Shown here piece after piece: positions 11,860 through 22,307 of a stretch of DNA of 64,000 nt (position 1 is the stretch's first letter; each line of letters starts with the position of its first letter). Origin of the DNA: an uncultured Gammaproteobacteria bacterium. GTDB lineage: Bacteria; Pseudomonadota; Gammaproteobacteria; JACCXJ01. The notes beneath the pieces are model-generated. The model did not search any database, had not been told where the DNA came from, and worked only from the letters and a program-made list of their open reading frames with translations. The position numbers were made by a program, and so were the translations under genes. The stretch spans positions 352,001-416,000 of the forward strand of contig CAVXTM010000016.1 of assembly GCA_963764725.1 (NCBI GenBank). Reading direction: 5' to 3'.

Positions 11860-13340
11860 CTATAGTCTCGCGTTACGGGACGTTGGATTCTCGAGTGCAC
11901 CGCTACCTATTCCCGACTATCGTGGCTTTCTTCATACTGTGCTCGCTGGCGCAGTCCGGTTGTACCGAATCCAGCCTAGAGCCCATGAGTATCGAGGAGT
12001 TTGGGCACATTGAGGTCTACCGCCCAAAGGACCCACCCAAAGGTCTCGTAATGCTGCTCTCCGGTGATGCCGGCTGGGACAAAAACATGGCGGAGCTGGC
12101 TATTAAAGTCATGGAGCTGGACTATTTGGTCGCCGGCATCGATACGCGCAATTACCTTCGCCGATTGACGACCGAAACCCAAGCTTGCAGCAACCCAGGA
12201 TTGGATTTTGCCGCCCTGGGTAAACACCTGCAAAAGGACGCCGGTCGCGGCAGCCTCAAGCCACCGATCCTGGTCGGCGTGTCATCGGGTGCCAGCGTGG
12301 CTTATGCCGCCGTCGCCCAGGCTTCCGCTCGGACTTTCCACGCTGCCGTTAGCCTGGACTTTTGTCCTACACTTCCTTCAAAACTACTATTCTGCAAGGG
12401 GCAAGGCCTCAAAGCCTCAACTGGCTCCGACAGCAAGGGGACGGTATTCTCGCCCAACAAGCAACTACAGACGCCGTGGTTCGTCTTTCAAGACCCACAC
12501 TATCACGGTTGCGACATGGATAGCGCGAACGGGTTTATTCGACAAATCGATAACGTCAAACTGGTTGTGGGGTCATTCAGGCCGGAAGCGGACTCACAAC
12601 CGGATTTACGCCAACAATTCCTGGCATTGATGGAATGGTTGGATCCAGGGATTGCCAACCAGGCTGAATCCACAACCGATTTATCCGGCGTGCCGCTCGT
12701 GGAGGTACCTGCCACGGTCGGCGGTGAGTACCTAGCGCTGATCCTGACCGGTGATGGCGGTTGGGCGGCACTGGACAAGGCCGTTGCTTCCCGGCTCGTG
12801 CGCGGGCATATCAGCACGCTGGGTTGGGATTCTCTGAGCTATTTCTGGCGCGCTCGCACACCGGACGAAGCGGGCGCCGATCTGGAGCGGAGTTTGCGCC
12901 ATTATCTTGTAGCCTGGGAAAAACAACGGGTCTTATTGATCGGCTATTCATTCGGTGCCAACGCGCTACCGTTTATGGCCAATCGCTTGCCGCCGGATCT
13001 GCGTGGGCGCATCGAGCTGGTAGTGCTCCTCGGTCCCGGGCCAAGCGCTTCATTTGAGTTCCATTTGACGGATTGGCTAGGGAGTTCGAGTTCAGCTAAG
13101 CGATATCCGATCCTCACGGAGTTGCAGAAACTAACGTGGACCAAAGTGCTTTGTCTGTCGGGTCAACAGGATGAGTACAGCATTTGTCCGACGCTTAACC
13201 TCCCCAACGTTACCGTAGAACAAATGCCGGGCGATCATCATTTCAATGACGACTATGGCAGCCTCGTGTCGAGGATCCTTGCGCTGTTACCCGAACATGC
13301 CCTTGGCAGCACAACACCGAGCGTTACGGAATCGCAATAG
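11856..13340 (+). CDS. acvB: AcvB/VirJ family aminoacyl-phosphatidylglycerol hydrolase
   Basis: Two alpha/beta domains (LSGDAGW...GVSSGA and LTGDGGW...IGYSFGA...PGDHHF). ATGA overlap with mprF, the established pairing. Confidence 0.88.
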   Translation: MTIVSRYGTLDSRVHRYLFPTIVAFFILCSLAQSGCTESSLEPMSIEEFGHIEVYRPKDPPKGLVMLLSGDAGWDKNMAELAIKVMELDYLVAGIDTRNYLRRLTTETQACSNPGLDFAALGKHLQKDAGRGSLKPPILVGVSSGASVAYAAVAQASARTFHAAVSLDFCPTLPSKLLFCKGQGLKASTGSDSKGTVFSPNKQLQTPWFVFQDPHYHGCDMDSANGFIRQIDNVKLVVGSFRPEADSQPDLRQQFLALMEWLDPGIANQAESTTDLSGVPLVEVPATVGGEYLALILTGDGGWAALDKAVASRLVRGHISTLGWDSLSYFWRARTPDEAGADLERSLRHYLVAWEKQRVLLIGYSFGANALPFMANRLPPDLRGRIELVVLLGPGPSASFEFHLTDWLGSSSSAKRYPILTELQKLTWTKVLCLSGQQDEYSICPTLNLPNVTVEQMPGDHHFNDDYGSLVSRILALLPEHALGSTTPSVTESQ

Positions 13341-13350
13341 GTGGGTATCC

Positions 13351-16300
13351 ATGCACCACACTGACGTCCTGTCTGTCGCGCAGGGACGCTTTTGGCGTCT
13401 TGGTTTGAGCGCTGTGGGCGTGGCGCTAGCGCTGGGCTCGGTGCTTTGCGTCTACACCGGTGCCTTAGTCGATGGTGTTCAGCCTTGGTTGCTGGGGGCT
13501 CTCGCTGGCCTATTTTTGGCGTTTGCCTTAGGTGACCGTTGGTCGCCTATCGCCGTGCCAGTCGCGGCGGCGATCGTGACCGGCTTGTTCAGCGCCTCCG
13601 TCAGTCCGGAGGCAAAGCTATGGCAGGCTCCCGCCTCTTGGGCTGAGTTAACTGTACTGACTCCGCAGGGGGCGGTGTTAGGCTGTCTCTTGTATTTCGG
13701 CGTTGCGCTGTGGTGTATGGTCCGCTTCGGGCGGTCGCTGTCACTCATCGCCAATCTCTCGCTGCTCGCCACACCTTATCTCTTCAATCTGCTGCTGGTG
13801 CTGGCCGCTCACGGTATCACGCTTGGGCTCGGACGTACCGTTCTGGGTACCGGTTTGCCCGATGCGATCGCCTCTGGTCTGGGCCGCACGATGATTCTGT
13901 TTGTCTTCAACGAAGCCCTGATGCTGGGTCTGGGTTTGTTGATGGATCGGCGCTGGACCCGATCCTGGCGTCTGCATCTGCTCGTCCTGGGCAGTTCCGC
14001 TTTGGCGGCCTTCTCGCCGGTCGTCGCGGACTTAGGCTCCACCGAAACGCTCTCGCGCTGGGCTGTGGTTGCGCGCCTGGGTCCGATGGTGTTAACCGGG
14101 GCCCTGGCGCAGGCAGGATTGTGGGCGCAAGTTTTTCTTGTCACCGGCATGCTGCTCGATACGCTGCGTGGACGGCGCCCAACCTGGGCCGCAGGCTATG
14201 GCCACTGGTATGCCGGCGCGGTGCGGGGGGCAGTCTACGGCGGCCTGTTCGTGCTGCTGGTGCAGTTGGGTGCGCTCATTTGGGGTTCCCCGGCAGTTGT
14301 CGGCTGGCTGCGCAGCTACCCTGTGCTCGGGGGCGCGCTTCTGGGCCTACTGCTATTTCCACTGGCCAAAACTATCCTCGAAAGTTTCGACGGTAGCGCG
14401 CCTTTCTTCGCCCGCTTTGCGGGAGCGATGCGCGAGCCGATCAACTATCTGCGCGGCTTGATTGCCGGCTTAGGGCTCGGGATAGCCTTGACGCACGATT
14501 TGCCGACGCTCTCTGGCGGTTTACGCTTTGCGCTCGGCTTTGTGATCGGAGCAGCAGCGTATGCTGGGGCGGACGCGCTGCGGGATATCCATTCAGTGCT
14601 CGCCCATCAGCGCCAGCGAATGCAGTCTTGGCGGGTGTACGGGTTGGGCGCGGTGCTCGGGGGATTCGTGGGTGGGGCGCTCGCGTGGTATTTCGATGCC
14701 GCCCAATTACAGGTAGTCGCCGAGAAATTTGTCACCTACGCCATGGCCTATTTCCCGGCAGTCGGCAAGGCTACTACGAGCTATGTGACTTATCCGCTGT
14801 TCAGCAAGTGGGGTGCAATCGATCTGGGAAGCGTCTCGGGGGGCGTCAAACTCCTGTATGCGGAATCCCTGTCGGGCGTGATCAACTGGTCGATCGCCGC
14901 GCCGCTGTTCAGCATCAATCTGGTGCTGCTTACCGCACTGTTCGAGCGCAGCTTCCGCCCGCTCAAGGCCTTGTTCAGCGCTGCCGGATTAGCGACTGTC
15001 GTGGAACAGGCGGTGCGCGTTCTGCGCTGGGGCCTGTGGATGGCACCGATCATTTATACATTCCTGCGCCTTGCCGCAGACCCGAGCTGGTACAACCAGG
15101 ATGGCGCGGTGCGCAGCGCGTTGGCGAGCGTACAGTCCGTGCGGTTTTCACCGGATGAGTTCCGCGCCTGGAGCCTCGAGTTGTTTCTTGGGCTGCTCGC
15201 CTATGATTGGTTGCGGGTGCTGATCTGGTTCGACCATATGGGCCTCCGGGTGGCGACGCTGGTCAATCTTTCCTTCGTTGGCGGCGATGCGCTGGATGAA
15301 AAAGCGTCGCGATTTCTAGGCCACTCGGCGCGCACGCGCTGCATACCAGAAGCCATACGCCGTTTTCTCACTTGGGCACCGCTGTTGATTCCTTTCTATA
15401 TACCGCGCGGCGGCGAGTGGGACTATGTATGGGATCGGGCGGCATCTCTGCAGACTGCTCCGCAATCCCTGCTGCCCGCGGTTGCATCTTTGCTGCTCGT
15501 TTATCAGTTGGCCGCTGTTGGCGCGATTTTGGGGGTGGCAGCCGTGTGGCTGCTGCGCCGGAGCAAAAAGGAATTGGTGCCGTCGCCAGCCGCGACCGAC
15601 CCTTACTTCGTACTCGGCAACGGGCAATACACGGCGGAGTACGGCTGGGATGGCCGCGGCTTTAGCCACGTGACCAGCACGGTGCGCCCCGGCTTCGAGC
15701 TCGACCTCTCTCGAAGGCCGGACGATCCGTTGCAGTTGCGAGGCAAGTTTTTCTTTCTGCGCGAACTGGACACCGAAGGCAAGGCCGCCGGTGAGCTCTG
15801 GTCACTCGGGTCCGAGCCCATGCAGAAGCGAGGCTCCGACTATTCGGTGACGCAGCCCTCTCCTAGTACGCTGCGTATCGTCAACAGCTACGGCAGGCTG
15901 CGCGCGGAAGCTCGGGTGACTCTCGATGCCCGCGACGCCGTGGAAAACTGGGCCATCTATCTAACCAACCTTGAGCAGCGTGCGCGCATCGTCGAAATTA
16001 CGAGTTACCAAGAGCTCGCTGTGGGGCCAATCGATGCCTACCGCCGCTCGCCCTTCTTTGCGGCAATGCACGTGGGTACCTGCTTCGCGGCCCCATTGAG
16101 CGCGATCATCGCGCGCAATCGCCTCATGCGAAACAATGCAAAAGATCCCGCCTTGCAGCGCATGTGCCGCGAAGTCGGTTTTCATGCGGTGCGCGCGAAC
16201 GAAGGCGTGCGCCTTGTGGGATACGAGGACTCCCGCACCCATTTCATCGGCTTAGGCACATTGAGGCAGCCGGCCGTATTCTCTGGCCAGGCACTGCGCG

Positions 16301-18825
16301 ATCCTGCCGATGAAGGGTTGCTCTATAGCTTCGATCCGGCGGCAAGCTTGAGACTTAGGGTGGAGTTGCCGCCAGGTGCGACCGTCGAGGTACCCTTCCT
16401 GGACGGTTATGCCGAGGACGAGCATCGAGCGGCGGCTTTGATTGCTCGGCATCTCGAGGTTGCGAAGCCAGATGAGGCCACTCTAAAAGCGAGCTTCGCA
16501 CGCAGACGTAGACTGCACGCCGCTCCCAGGCGCACCACAGAGCACAGCGGTTTCTCTGAGGATGGGCGTGAACTTTCGGTGCCTTGCGACGCGCAGCGTC
16601 CTTGGGCGCATCTCGTCGCCAATCCGCTGGGCCAAGGCTTTATCGCGGGTAGCGATGGAGAGATCTTTTCCTTCGCCGGCAATGCGCAGCAGAACGCCCT
16701 GTCGCCTTTCAGTCTGGACAGCATGCCGGCGCAGCTCCCTGGGCAGGCGATTTATGTCTTTGATATCAAAACTGGGGTCGCCGAGACTGCGGGCTTCGTG
16801 CCTTACCGCAACCAGGATGCCAAACACGAGGTTTTCTTCGGGCTGGGTTATGCGCGTTACCGCAAAGAGAGCGTTGGACTTAAGCTCGATCTGACCGCCT
16901 TTGTCCCGCTGGACTGCGCAGTGGAGATCAAACTGCTGCGTATCCGCAATTTGGGCACGACAGCGAGGCGCTTTAGGGTCGTCCCTTACGTGGAAATGGT
17001 GTTGGCGGAAGTGCCGCCGGACAGCTGTGGTCGTGTGCACGCCTGGGCGGACCCGACGCCCGGCGTGCTCTATTTCGAAAATGCCAGTAACGATTTTCGC
17101 AAGGGTGTGGCTTTCGTCGCCGTGAACCTTAGATGCCAGACACACGAGACCGTCCGCGAGCGCTTCGTGGGCGGCGAGGGGCGCGATCTCGCGCGACCGT
17201 ATATGGTCGAGCATGGCCAACCCGATAGGAGGCAGGTTGATGACGGACGCCGCATAGCGAGCTTTGTCGTCGAGCTGGAGATTGCCGCGGGAAAGGAGGT
17301 GACGGTGGTGCTCGCGCTCGGTCAAGCCGCCGACCAGGCGCAGGCGACTGCGCTCGCGCGCGCCTATCTCGAACCGCGGGCGGCAGAACTAGCGCTGGAA
17401 AAAACTAAGGCGTGGTGGAACGAGACGCTATCCGTCGTGCGCGTCGAGACCAATGAACCGGCTTTTGACCGCTTGGTGAACGACTGGCTGCCGTACCAGA
17501 TCCTGTGCGCACGGTTATGGGGGCGCACCGGATCCAGCCAGCGCAGCGGCGCCTACGGCTTCCGCGACCAGTTGCAGGACGTTCTGCCACTCACCTTCCT
17601 CAAGCCCGAGTGGGCGCGCAGCCAGATCGTGCTACACGCGGCGCAGCAATTTATCGAGGGCGATTGCGTCAAGTGGTGGCATCCCTCGTGGGAAGGCAAG
17701 ACCGGAATCGCGGTTCGCACCCGCGCGTCCGATCCGCATCTTTGGTTACCCTATGTGGCGGCTCGCTACGTAGAAGCTAGTGGCGACACCGGCGTTCTGG
17801 AAGAGCAAGTCGCCTTCCTGGAAGGCAGGCCGGTGCCGAAGGGTCATGAAGGATTCGTGTTCGCGCCCAGGCCCTCGCGCGATACCGGTTCGGTTTACGA
17901 GCATTGCCGGCGCGCGGTGGAATACACTCTCGCGCGGCGCGGCGCGCATGATCTCCCGCTCCTCGGCTCTGGCGACTGGAACGATGGCCTCGATGTGCCC
18001 GGCATCAAGGGCACGGGGGAAAGCGTATGGCTGGGCTTCTTCTTGCACGATGTGCTTGTCAGGTTCGCGAGTCTCGCCGCACGCTGCGAAGGTCAAGAAG
18101 CCAAACGACGCTACCTCAAGGAAGCGAGAAACCTATCTGTGGCGCTTGGGGCGATGTGGCGCGAGGACGGGTATCTACGCGCGATTACCGATGAGGGCGA
18201 AGAATTCAAACTGTGCAGCGCGCTCACGACCGCTTGGCCACTCCTATCCGGGGCAGTGGATGCGACGCGCGCCCACGCAGTGCTTGAGATGGGAATCGAG
18301 CGTCTGGAGAAAAGCAACCGCGTGCTACTGCTGACCCCGCCTTTCACGGAGCACTCGCTGCCTTATCCTGGGCGTATTGCAGAGTATCCGCCCGGGGTGC
18401 GCGAAAATGGGGGGCAGTACTCGCACGGCGTCTCGTGGCTAGTGGATGCGCTGCTGCGCTGCGCCGAAGAAACGCCCGAACTAGCCGAACGCTGCCGCGC
18501 GTACGCCGTGGATTTGTGGATCAAGATATCGCCGCTAAGCAAGAGCGATCAGACAGACCTCTACGGACTGCCGCCGCATCAGCAGCCGGCGGATGTTTAC
18601 GACGGTCCGGGCTACGAAGGTCGCGGTGGCTGGAGTTGGTACACGGGCGCAGCTGCGCGCATGCTCTCCACCGCCTACGAAATCATCGGACTGCGGATCG
18701 AAGGCGGCAAGCTCAAGCTGCTTCAAGATCTTTTCCTGCGCAAGGGGCGTTTGCAGGTCAAGCGCCTCTGCTATCGCGGGCAGCAGATCGAGGGGAGAGA
18801 GAATGAAGGCGGATGGCGGAACTAA
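13351..18825 (+). CDS. Large membrane-anchored GH94 glycoside phosphorylase-domain protein (NdvB/Cgs C-terminal-like)
   Basis: About 730 hydrophobic N-terminal residues, then GH94 motifs GAYGFRDQLQD, GSGDWNDGL, GVRENGGQYSHG and GRGGWSWYTG. Confidence 0.85.
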   Translation: MHHTDVLSVAQGRFWRLGLSAVGVALALGSVLCVYTGALVDGVQPWLLGALAGLFLAFALGDRWSPIAVPVAAAIVTGLFSASVSPEAKLWQAPASWAELTVLTPQGAVLGCLLYFGVALWCMVRFGRSLSLIANLSLLATPYLFNLLLVLAAHGITLGLGRTVLGTGLPDAIASGLGRTMILFVFNEALMLGLGLLMDRRWTRSWRLHLLVLGSSALAAFSPVVADLGSTETLSRWAVVARLGPMVLTGALAQAGLWAQVFLVTGMLLDTLRGRRPTWAAGYGHWYAGAVRGAVYGGLFVLLVQLGALIWGSPAVVGWLRSYPVLGGALLGLLLFPLAKTILESFDGSAPFFARFAGAMREPINYLRGLIAGLGLGIALTHDLPTLSGGLRFALGFVIGAAAYAGADALRDIHSVLAHQRQRMQSWRVYGLGAVLGGFVGGALAWYFDAAQLQVVAEKFVTYAMAYFPAVGKATTSYVTYPLFSKWGAIDLGSVSGGVKLLYAESLSGVINWSIAAPLFSINLVLLTALFERSFRPLKALFSAAGLATVVEQAVRVLRWGLWMAPIIYTFLRLAADPSWYNQDGAVRSALASVQSVRFSPDEFRAWSLELFLGLLAYDWLRVLIWFDHMGLRVATLVNLSFVGGDALDEKASRFLGHSARTRCIPEAIRRFLTWAPLLIPFYIPRGGEWDYVWDRAASLQTAPQSLLPAVASLLLVYQLAAVGAILGVAAVWLLRRSKKELVPSPAATDPYFVLGNGQYTAEYGWDGRGFSHVTSTVRPGFELDLSRRPDDPLQLRGKFFFLRELDTEGKAAGELWSLGSEPMQKRGSDYSVTQPSPSTLRIVNSYGRLRAEARVTLDARDAVENWAIYLTNLEQRARIVEITSYQELAVGPIDAYRRSPFFAAMHVGTCFAAPLSAIIARNRLMRNNAKDPALQRMCREVGFHAVRANEGVRLVGYEDSRTHFIGLGTLRQPAVFSGQALRDPADEGLLYSFDPAASLRLRVELPPGATVEVPFLDGYAEDEHRAAALIARHLEVAKPDEATLKASFARRRRLHAAPRRTTEHSGFSEDGRELSVPCDAQRPWAHLVANPLGQGFIAGSDGEIFSFAGNAQQNALSPFSLDSMPAQLPGQAIYVFDIKTGVAETAGFVPYRNQDAKHEVFFGLGYARYRKESVGLKLDLTAFVPLDCAVEIKLLRIRNLGTTARRFRVVPYVEMVLAEVPPDSCGRVHAWADPTPGVLYFENASNDFRKGVAFVAVNLRCQTHETVRERFVGGEGRDLARPYMVEHGQPDRRQVDDGRRIASFVVELEIAAGKEVTVVLALGQAADQAQATALARAYLEPRAAELALEKTKAWWNETLSVVRVETNEPAFDRLVNDWLPYQILCARLWGRTGSSQRSGAYGFRDQLQDVLPLTFLKPEWARSQIVLHAAQQFIEGDCVKWWHPSWEGKTGIAVRTRASDPHLWLPYVAARYVEASGDTGVLEEQVAFLEGRPVPKGHEGFVFAPRPSRDTGSVYEHCRRAVEYTLARRGAHDLPLLGSGDWNDGLDVPGIKGTGESVWLGFFLHDVLVRFASLAARCEGQEAKRRYLKEARNLSVALGAMWREDGYLRAITDEGEEFKLCSALTTAWPLLSGAVDATRAHAVLEMGIERLEKSNRVLLLTPPFTEHSLPYPGRIAEYPPGVRENGGQYSHGVSWLVDALLRCAEETPELAERCRAYAVDLWIKISPLSKSDQTDLYGLPPHQQPADVYDGPGYEGRGGWSWYTGAAARMLSTAYEIIGLRIEGGKLKLLQDLFLRKGRLQVKRLCYRGQQIEGRENEGGWRN

Positions 18826-18850
18826 ATCCTTAGGAAGGAGGCCAACAAAA

Positions 18851-20395
18851 ATGTGGTTTGAGCTCATCTCTTTTAAAACGCGGCCAGATGTAAATTACTG
18901 GATGCCTATGACCATTGTTCTCACAAGCCTGATTTCGACACCAGTCTTCGCTTTCGGGCTCGAAGACGTTACCGGCATGGCCCACGGGCTTGCGGAAAAG
19001 GATTATGAGATGCCCAGTGACAATCTGCCGCCCGCACTCAAGGAAATCACGTACGACCAGTTTCGAGACATCCGCTTCAGGGATGAAAAATCGCTGTGGC
19101 GATCCGACAAGCTACCTTTCGAGGTCAAGTTCTTCCACGCAGGGCTTTATTTCCGTCACCGAATCAGGGTCAACCTGGTCGAAGCGGGAAACGTGAAGCT
19201 GCTTCGCTTCGATTCCAAAGACTTCCACTACGGCAAGAACACCTTTGACACCAGCAAGTTCGGAGATGTCGGCTTCGCGGGTTTTCGCGTGCACTACCCG
19301 ATTAACACCAAGGAGTACAAGGACGAGGTTGCGGTGTTTCTGGGCGCGAGCTATTTCCGCGCCGTGGGCAAAGGCCAGCGCTACGGACTTTCGGCGCGCG
19401 GGCTCGCGATGGATACGGCGGAGGACGCGGGTGAGGAATTCCCTGCCTTCAGAGAATTCTGGCTCGAGCGTCCGGCAGCGAATGCCAAACACCTTGTCGT
19501 GTACGCGCTGCTCGATTCCAAACGCGTGACCGGGGCGTATCAGTTCACTATCTACCCGGGTGAGACGACACACATGGATGTACAGGCGCATATCTTCCAG
19601 CGCGTTAAGGGCGCCAAGCTGGGCATCGCTCCGCTGACCGCGATGTTCTATTTCGCAGAGAACCAGCCCGCGCCTTCCGACGACTACCGTCCTGAAGTAC
19701 ATGATTCTGACGGGCTGCTCATCCAGACCGATCACAGCGAGTGGATCTGGCGTCCGCTGCTGAATCCGCGAAGGCTGTTGGTGACGAGCTTCGGGCTGCA
19801 TAATCCGCGCGGCTTCGGGCTTATGCAACGCGACCGCGATTTCCGAAACTACCAGGATCTTGAGGCGCGCTACGAGCTGCGGCCGAGCGCATGGATCACG
19901 CCCAAAGGCAACTGGGGACCGGGTCGCGTGGAGCTCGTGCTCATCCCCACGCCGGACGAGACCCACGACAATGTCGTTGCCTATTGGGTACCTAAGGAGG
20001 TGGCGGAACCCAAGCAGGCCATGAGTTTTCAGTACCGCCTGTCCTGGCAGCACGACGAGCTTGCCGAGCCTCCGCATGCCGCAGTAGTGCAATCGCGCGG
20101 CGGGCACGGCTGGCGTGAATATTCCGATGATTCCCAATTGTTCATGATCGACTTCGAGGGGCCTGCGCTAAAAAACCTCAAGCCGGACACCGCACTCGAG
20201 AGCGCGGTATGGGTAGGTGATACGGGTGAGCTTCTCGAGCACCAGGTGTTTCGCAACGATGCGACCGGAGGCTGGCGGGTGTCGCTGCGCATGCGCCGCA
20301 AACAGAGCGACCAGCCGGTCGAGATTCGCGTCGGGCTGCGTAGCGACGGCAAAGATATCTCTGAAACCTGGAGTTATCTGCTGCCCCCGCCGTAA
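18851..20395 (+). CDS. opgG: Periplasmic glucan biosynthesis protein OpgG/MdoG (copy 1)
   Basis: YDQFRDIRF, FLGASYFRAVG...YGLSARGLA, GEEFPAFREFW, RPEVHDSDGL and SETWSY; GGAAGGAG ribosome-binding site before ATG 18851. Confidence 0.92.
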   Translation: MWFELISFKTRPDVNYWMPMTIVLTSLISTPVFAFGLEDVTGMAHGLAEKDYEMPSDNLPPALKEITYDQFRDIRFRDEKSLWRSDKLPFEVKFFHAGLYFRHRIRVNLVEAGNVKLLRFDSKDFHYGKNTFDTSKFGDVGFAGFRVHYPINTKEYKDEVAVFLGASYFRAVGKGQRYGLSARGLAMDTAEDAGEEFPAFREFWLERPAANAKHLVVYALLDSKRVTGAYQFTIYPGETTHMDVQAHIFQRVKGAKLGIAPLTAMFYFAENQPAPSDDYRPEVHDSDGLLIQTDHSEWIWRPLLNPRRLLVTSFGLHNPRGFGLMQRDRDFRNYQDLEARYELRPSAWITPKGNWGPGRVELVLIPTPDETHDNVVAYWVPKEVAEPKQAMSFQYRLSWQHDELAEPPHAAVVQSRGGHGWREYSDDSQLFMIDFEGPALKNLKPDTALESAVWVGDTGELLEHQVFRNDATGGWRVSLRMRRKQSDQPVEIRVGLRSDGKDISETWSYLLPPP

Positions 20396-20415
20396 CGGCC
20401 GGGGGGCCTCTGTCC

Positions 20416-20457
20416 TCGAACCAGATGGTCGGGGTTCGAGTCCCTCGAGGCGCGCCA
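20416..20457 (+). mobile_element. 3' fragment of a tRNA-Arg-like gene, probable att-site duplication
   Basis: tcgaaccagatggtcggggttcgagtccctcgaggcgcgCCA comprises the anticodon 3' strand, variable loop, T-arm (GTTCGAGTC) and acceptor 3' strand with CCA. No 5' half lies upstream. Confidence 0.7.
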
Positions 20458-20470
20458 AATCAATAGGTTA
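20458..20470 (+). promoter_or_regulatory. IHF consensus site next to the tRNA fragment
   Basis: aatcaataggtta matches WATCAANNNNTTR exactly. Confidence 0.5.
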
Positions 20471-20672
20471 AAGAAGTATCTAGAATAGTTTTAGATTTTT
20501 GTACGATTCCTTGTCGTGCCCATCCTCGTAGCGCTGTAGCAGTGTATGACTAATCCAGCGGTTACATTCAATCGAATATCTGGTTTCCACCGGCTATTTT
20601 CAGCGTGAAGTTGGACGAATCAAATACTCGGCAAGCCAGGCGCGGTCCGGGTGTGGCGACTCTCGCTACCAA

Positions 20673-22307
20673 TCAGCCCTGGCAGATCACCTCTCCCAAG
20701 GCTCGACCTAGCTTTTCGTTCTCATGGTAGTCGATAGGGCAGTCGATGAGTGACGGCGCTTTGTCTTGCAGGGCTGATTTGAGGGCGGGCAGCAAGTCTT
20801 CGGCACGCTCGATGCGATAGCCTCGCACACCGAAGCTCGCGGCATAGGCCACTAGATCGGGATTGCCGAAGTCGACGCCGAAGTGACGCCTAAGCCGCGT
20901 GTCCATGTGGTGTTGGATCAAGCCGTATTTGCCGTCGCGCAGCACCAGCACAGTGATGGCGACGCCTAAACGCACAGCGGTTTCCAACTCTTGCGAGTTC
21001 ATGAGAAACCCACCATCACCGCTCACCGCTACCACGCGCCGTTCGGGCAGGGCCAGCTTGGCGGCAAGTGCGCCCGGCAGCGCGATGCCCATGGCGGCGA
21101 AGCCGTTGGAGATGATGCAGGTGTTGGGGCGCTCCGCCGGGAACAGACGCGCTACCCAGAGTTTGTGCGCGCCCACGTCGCACACCAGTACGTCCTCGTC
21201 AACCATGGCGCGGCGCAGGTCGGCGATGACGCGTTGCGGCTTGAGCGGGTAGGCCGTGTCATCGGCACCCTGTTGCGCTACCTGTACCAGGTCAGTATGC
21301 AGGTGTTTCCCCGTCCCTTCAGGTTTGGGCGTGGCCTGATTTGCGATGCGGTCCAGGGCATCGGCGATGTCGCCCACGATGCCAGCGGCCAGCATGTAGT
21401 GTGCGTCCACTTCCGCCGGTGCCGAGTCTATGTGCCCTATGCGCTTATCGCGCTTCGGATTCCAGCGCGCCGGGTCGTACTCCACCATGTCGTAGCCGAT
21501 GCACAGCACCAGGTCGGCACCATCCAGCCCGAAGGCCACGGGGTCCCGTGCCTGCAGGCCGATAGTGCCCAGGCATAACGGGTGCGAGAAGGGCACCGCT
21601 CCCTTGGCCATGAAGGTGGTGACCGCCGGCAGGTTGAGCCGCTCGATAAATGCCACAACGGCAGCGGAGGCGCGCTGGCGGACGGCGCCGTTACCCACCA
21701 GTACCAAAGGCGCCTCGGCCTCGTCGATCAGGCGCGCGATCTGGTCTACCTTGGCTTGGGGTGCGCGCGGTGTCGCCGGTGCCTGCACCTTGAGCGGCGC
21801 GCAACCCTGAGCCGCCATCTGTGCCACGTTTTCCGGCACCTCGATGAAGCTGGCGCCGGGCTTTTCCGTCTGGGCCAGCTTGAACGCCTTGCGCACCACT
21901 TCGGGCACGATCTCCGGTTCCAACACCCGGGCGCTGAACTTAGTGCAGTGGCTGAACAAGGCCGCCAGATCCAACACCTGATGGCTCTCCTTGTGCATGC
22001 GCGTCGTTGCCGCCTGCCCGGCGATGGCCACCAGCGGAGCGCGGTCCATGTTGGCGTCGGCCACGCCCGTGATCAGGTTGGTGGCGCCCGGTCCCAGGGT
22101 AGCCAGGCACACGCCGGCACGTCCGGTGAGGCGACCGTAGACGTCGGCCATGAAGGCCGCGCCCTGTTCATGGCGTGTGATAACAAAGCGGATGCGGCTT
22201 TGCGCAAGCGCGTCCATGATGTGGATGTTCTCCTCCCCCGGAATGCCGAAGACATAGTCCACGCCCTCGTTCTCCAGGCAGTGCACCAAGAGCTCGGCTG
22301 CGTTCAT
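20673..22307 (-). CDS. Acetolactate synthase large-subunit family ThDP enzyme
   Basis: MNAAELLVHCLENEGVDYVFGIPGEEN, RHEQGAAFMAD, TLGPGATN and the ThDP motif GDGGFLMN. No small subunit adjacent. Confidence 0.9.
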   Translation of the reverse strand: MNAAELLVHCLENEGVDYVFGIPGEENIHIMDALAQSRIRFVITRHEQGAAFMADVYGRLTGRAGVCLATLGPGATNLITGVADANMDRAPLVAIAGQAATTRMHKESHQVLDLAALFSHCTKFSARVLEPEIVPEVVRKAFKLAQTEKPGASFIEVPENVAQMAAQGCAPLKVQAPATPRAPQAKVDQIARLIDEAEAPLVLVGNGAVRQRASAAVVAFIERLNLPAVTTFMAKGAVPFSHPLCLGTIGLQARDPVAFGLDGADLVLCIGYDMVEYDPARWNPKRDKRIGHIDSAPAEVDAHYMLAAGIVGDIADALDRIANQATPKPEGTGKHLHTDLVQVAQQGADDTAYPLKPQRVIADLRRAMVDEDVLVCDVGAHKLWVARLFPAERPNTCIISNGFAAMGIALPGALAAKLALPERRVVAVSGDGGFLMNSQELETAVRLGVAITVLVLRDGKYGLIQHHMDTRLRRHFGVDFGNPDLVAYAASFGVRGYRIERAEDLLPALKSALQDKAPSLIDCPIDYHENEKLGRALGEVICQG

